A stretch of DNA of 14,399 nt from a virus (taxonomy: Duplodnaviria > Heunggongvirae > Uroviricota > Caudoviricetes): positions 1 through 14,399 of the IMG/VR virus record IMGVR_UViG_2711768167_000007. One strand, given 5' to 3'. This document shows positions 13,086 to 14,399 of the stretch, piece by piece; the first letter of the stretch is position 1; every line of letters starts with the position of its first letter. Both the position numbers and the translations under genes were made by a program. Under the pieces are notes generated by a model, which was not told the origin of the DNA, ran no database searches, and was given only the letters and a program-made list of their open reading frames with translations.

Positions 13086-14399
13086 ATGGATAAAGTCAAA
13101 TATCCAACAGGCGTCGAAAACCACGGCGGCACATTACGCATCTGGTTTAATTTTAAAGGTAAACGTGTCAGGGAAAATCTTGGTGTCCCTGACACTGCCA
13201 AGAACAGGAAAATCGCCGGGGAACTGCGGACATCGGTATGTTTTGCCATCCGCACAGGAAGCTTTGATTATGCTGCACAGTTCCCTGACTCCCCTAACCT
13301 TCAGGCTTTTGGGGTAAGTAAAAAAGAAATTACGGTGAAGGAACTTGAAGAAAAGTGGCTGGATCTGAAACGAATGGAGATCTCTGCAAATGCATTCAAT
13401 CGCTATGAATCCGTTGCAAGAACGATGGTTCCGAAAATTGGAGGCAGCAGACTGGTGTCATCGGTAACTAAAGAGGAATTGCTGTATATCAGGAAAGATT
13501 TGCTGACCGGGTACCAGAATTCAACGAAAAACAAAGCAGCAGCAAAAGGACGGAGCGTCGTTACTGTAAATTATTACATGACGACAATCGCTGGAATGTT
13601 TCAGTTTGCTGCAGATCACGGTTACTTAGAAGCAAATCCCTTCCAGGGAATTAAGCCTCTTAAAAGAGCCAGGGCAGAGCCAGATCCGCTAACTCGTGAC
13701 GAATTTATTCGCCTGATAGATGCTTGCCGACATCAGCAGACGAAAAACCTGTGGTCATTGGCTGTGTACACAGGAATGCGTCACGGTGAACTGGTCTCCC
13801 TGGCCTGGGAAGATATCGATCTGAAAGCAGGAACTATTACTATCAGGCGCAATTATACGAAACTCGGTGAGTTCACTCTACCTAAAACTGAAGCAAGTAC
13901 AAACAGGGTTGTGCATCTTATCCAGCCCGCTATCAGTGTCCTGAAAAATCAGGCTGAAATGACAAGACTGGGTAAGCAGCACCACATCAAGGTTCAACTA
14001 CGTGAATATGGGCGTTCAGTGAATCATGAATGTACTTTCGTATTTAACCCCCAGGTGGTTAGAAAAAGCAAACAGGTCGGTTTTATCTACAAGGTAGATT
14101 CTATTGGCGACTCATGGGAAACAGCCATTAAGCGTGCGGGCATCAGGCACCGGAAAGCATACCAGTCACGACACACTTATGCGTGCTGGTCATTATCTGC
14201 CGGAGCAAATCCAAGCTTCATTGCCAGCCAGATGGGCCATGCAAGTGCCCAGATGGTGTTCAATGTATACGGAGCATGGATGACTGACAGTAATGCAGAA
14301 CAGATCGCAATGCTGAATCAGAAGCTGGCAGATTATGTCCCAATGATGTCCCATGGTCACCAAAGTGACACAAGAGACTTATTAAAATCAGTGGGTTAG
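13086..14399 (+). CDS. Tyrosine site-specific integrase (phage integrase family)
   Basis: GGAGG RBS 5 nt upstream of the ATG. N-terminal arm-binding-type region (PTGVENHGGTLRIWFNFKGKRVRE), catalytic-domain motifs RHGELVSLAWEDIDL, SRHTYACW (box II R/H) and GHASAQMVFNVYGAW (His and Tyr nucleophile region). Stop codon is the last three bases of the window. Confidence 0.9.
   Translation: MDKVKYPTGVENHGGTLRIWFNFKGKRVRENLGVPDTAKNRKIAGELRTSVCFAIRTGSFDYAAQFPDSPNLQAFGVSKKEITVKELEEKWLDLKRMEISANAFNRYESVARTMVPKIGGSRLVSSVTKEELLYIRKDLLTGYQNSTKNKAAAKGRSVVTVNYYMTTIAGMFQFAADHGYLEANPFQGIKPLKRARAEPDPLTRDEFIRLIDACRHQQTKNLWSLAVYTGMRHGELVSLAWEDIDLKAGTITIRRNYTKLGEFTLPKTEASTNRVVHLIQPAISVLKNQAEMTRLGKQHHIKVQLREYGRSVNHECTFVFNPQVVRKSKQVGFIYKVDSIGDSWETAIKRAGIRHRKAYQSRHTYACWSLSAGANPSFIASQMGHASAQMVFNVYGAWMTDSNAEQIAMLNQKLADYVPMMSHGHQSDTRDLLKSVG

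Larger units (their letters stand above)
1..14399. mobile_element. Lambdoid prophage segment (late-regulation/nin/replication/immunity/early-left/integration modules), inverted relative to the conventional lambda map
   Basis: Gene order and orientation: Q-like and RusA genes, a replication pair, Cro-like and CI-like HTH proteins arranged divergently, then xis-like and tyrosine integrase genes at the far end on the same strand as the repressor. The order of functions mirrors lambda (int...cI | cro...Q). Inference from gene content; the att sites are not in the window. Confidence 0.8.

Noticed and set aside
12357-13317. ORFs 12357-12602 (-), 12529-12801 (-), 12657-12854 (-), 13004-13255 (-), 13066-13317 (+)
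   Set aside because: Overlap the xis-like and integrase genes or their upstream small genes in alternative frames or on the opposite strand; judged spurious.
1-14399. Search for tRNA, rRNA, CRISPR arrays or IS elements
   Set aside because: No cloverleaf-like tRNA candidates, no regularly spaced direct repeats and no transposase-like ORFs or terminal inverted repeats were apparent on reading; absence cannot be proven without dedicated tools.

Overview
The window reads as the early (immunity, replication, integration) half of a lambdoid prophage from an enterobacterial genome, lying in inverted orientation. Left to right: a phage-borne OmpC-family porin (1-1104, +) converges on a minus-strand operon of Q-like antiterminator, RusA resolvase, a nin-region unknown, a Toprim/zinc-finger primase-like protein, an SF2 helicase, a cII-position unknown and a Cro-like HTH protein. 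A divergent operator region (6689-6822) separates this from a CI-like repressor (HTH-XRE plus S24 peptidase, 6823-7512). A long plus-strand operon of small, tightly coupled and mostly unrecognisable genes then runs to an excisionase-like gene and a tyrosine integrase ending at the window edge. I see no rRNA, tRNA or CRISPR array. The strongest candidates for something new are a 189-aa protein that looks like a shortened beta sliding clamp (DnaN) inside a translationally coupled operon with an ORF6N-like protein (9449-11667), and a repressor-proximal cassette of one HTH protein plus two small acidic proteins (7660-8469) preceded by its own inverted-repeat operator. All homology statements come from reading motifs and from memory of protein families; no database search was possible.
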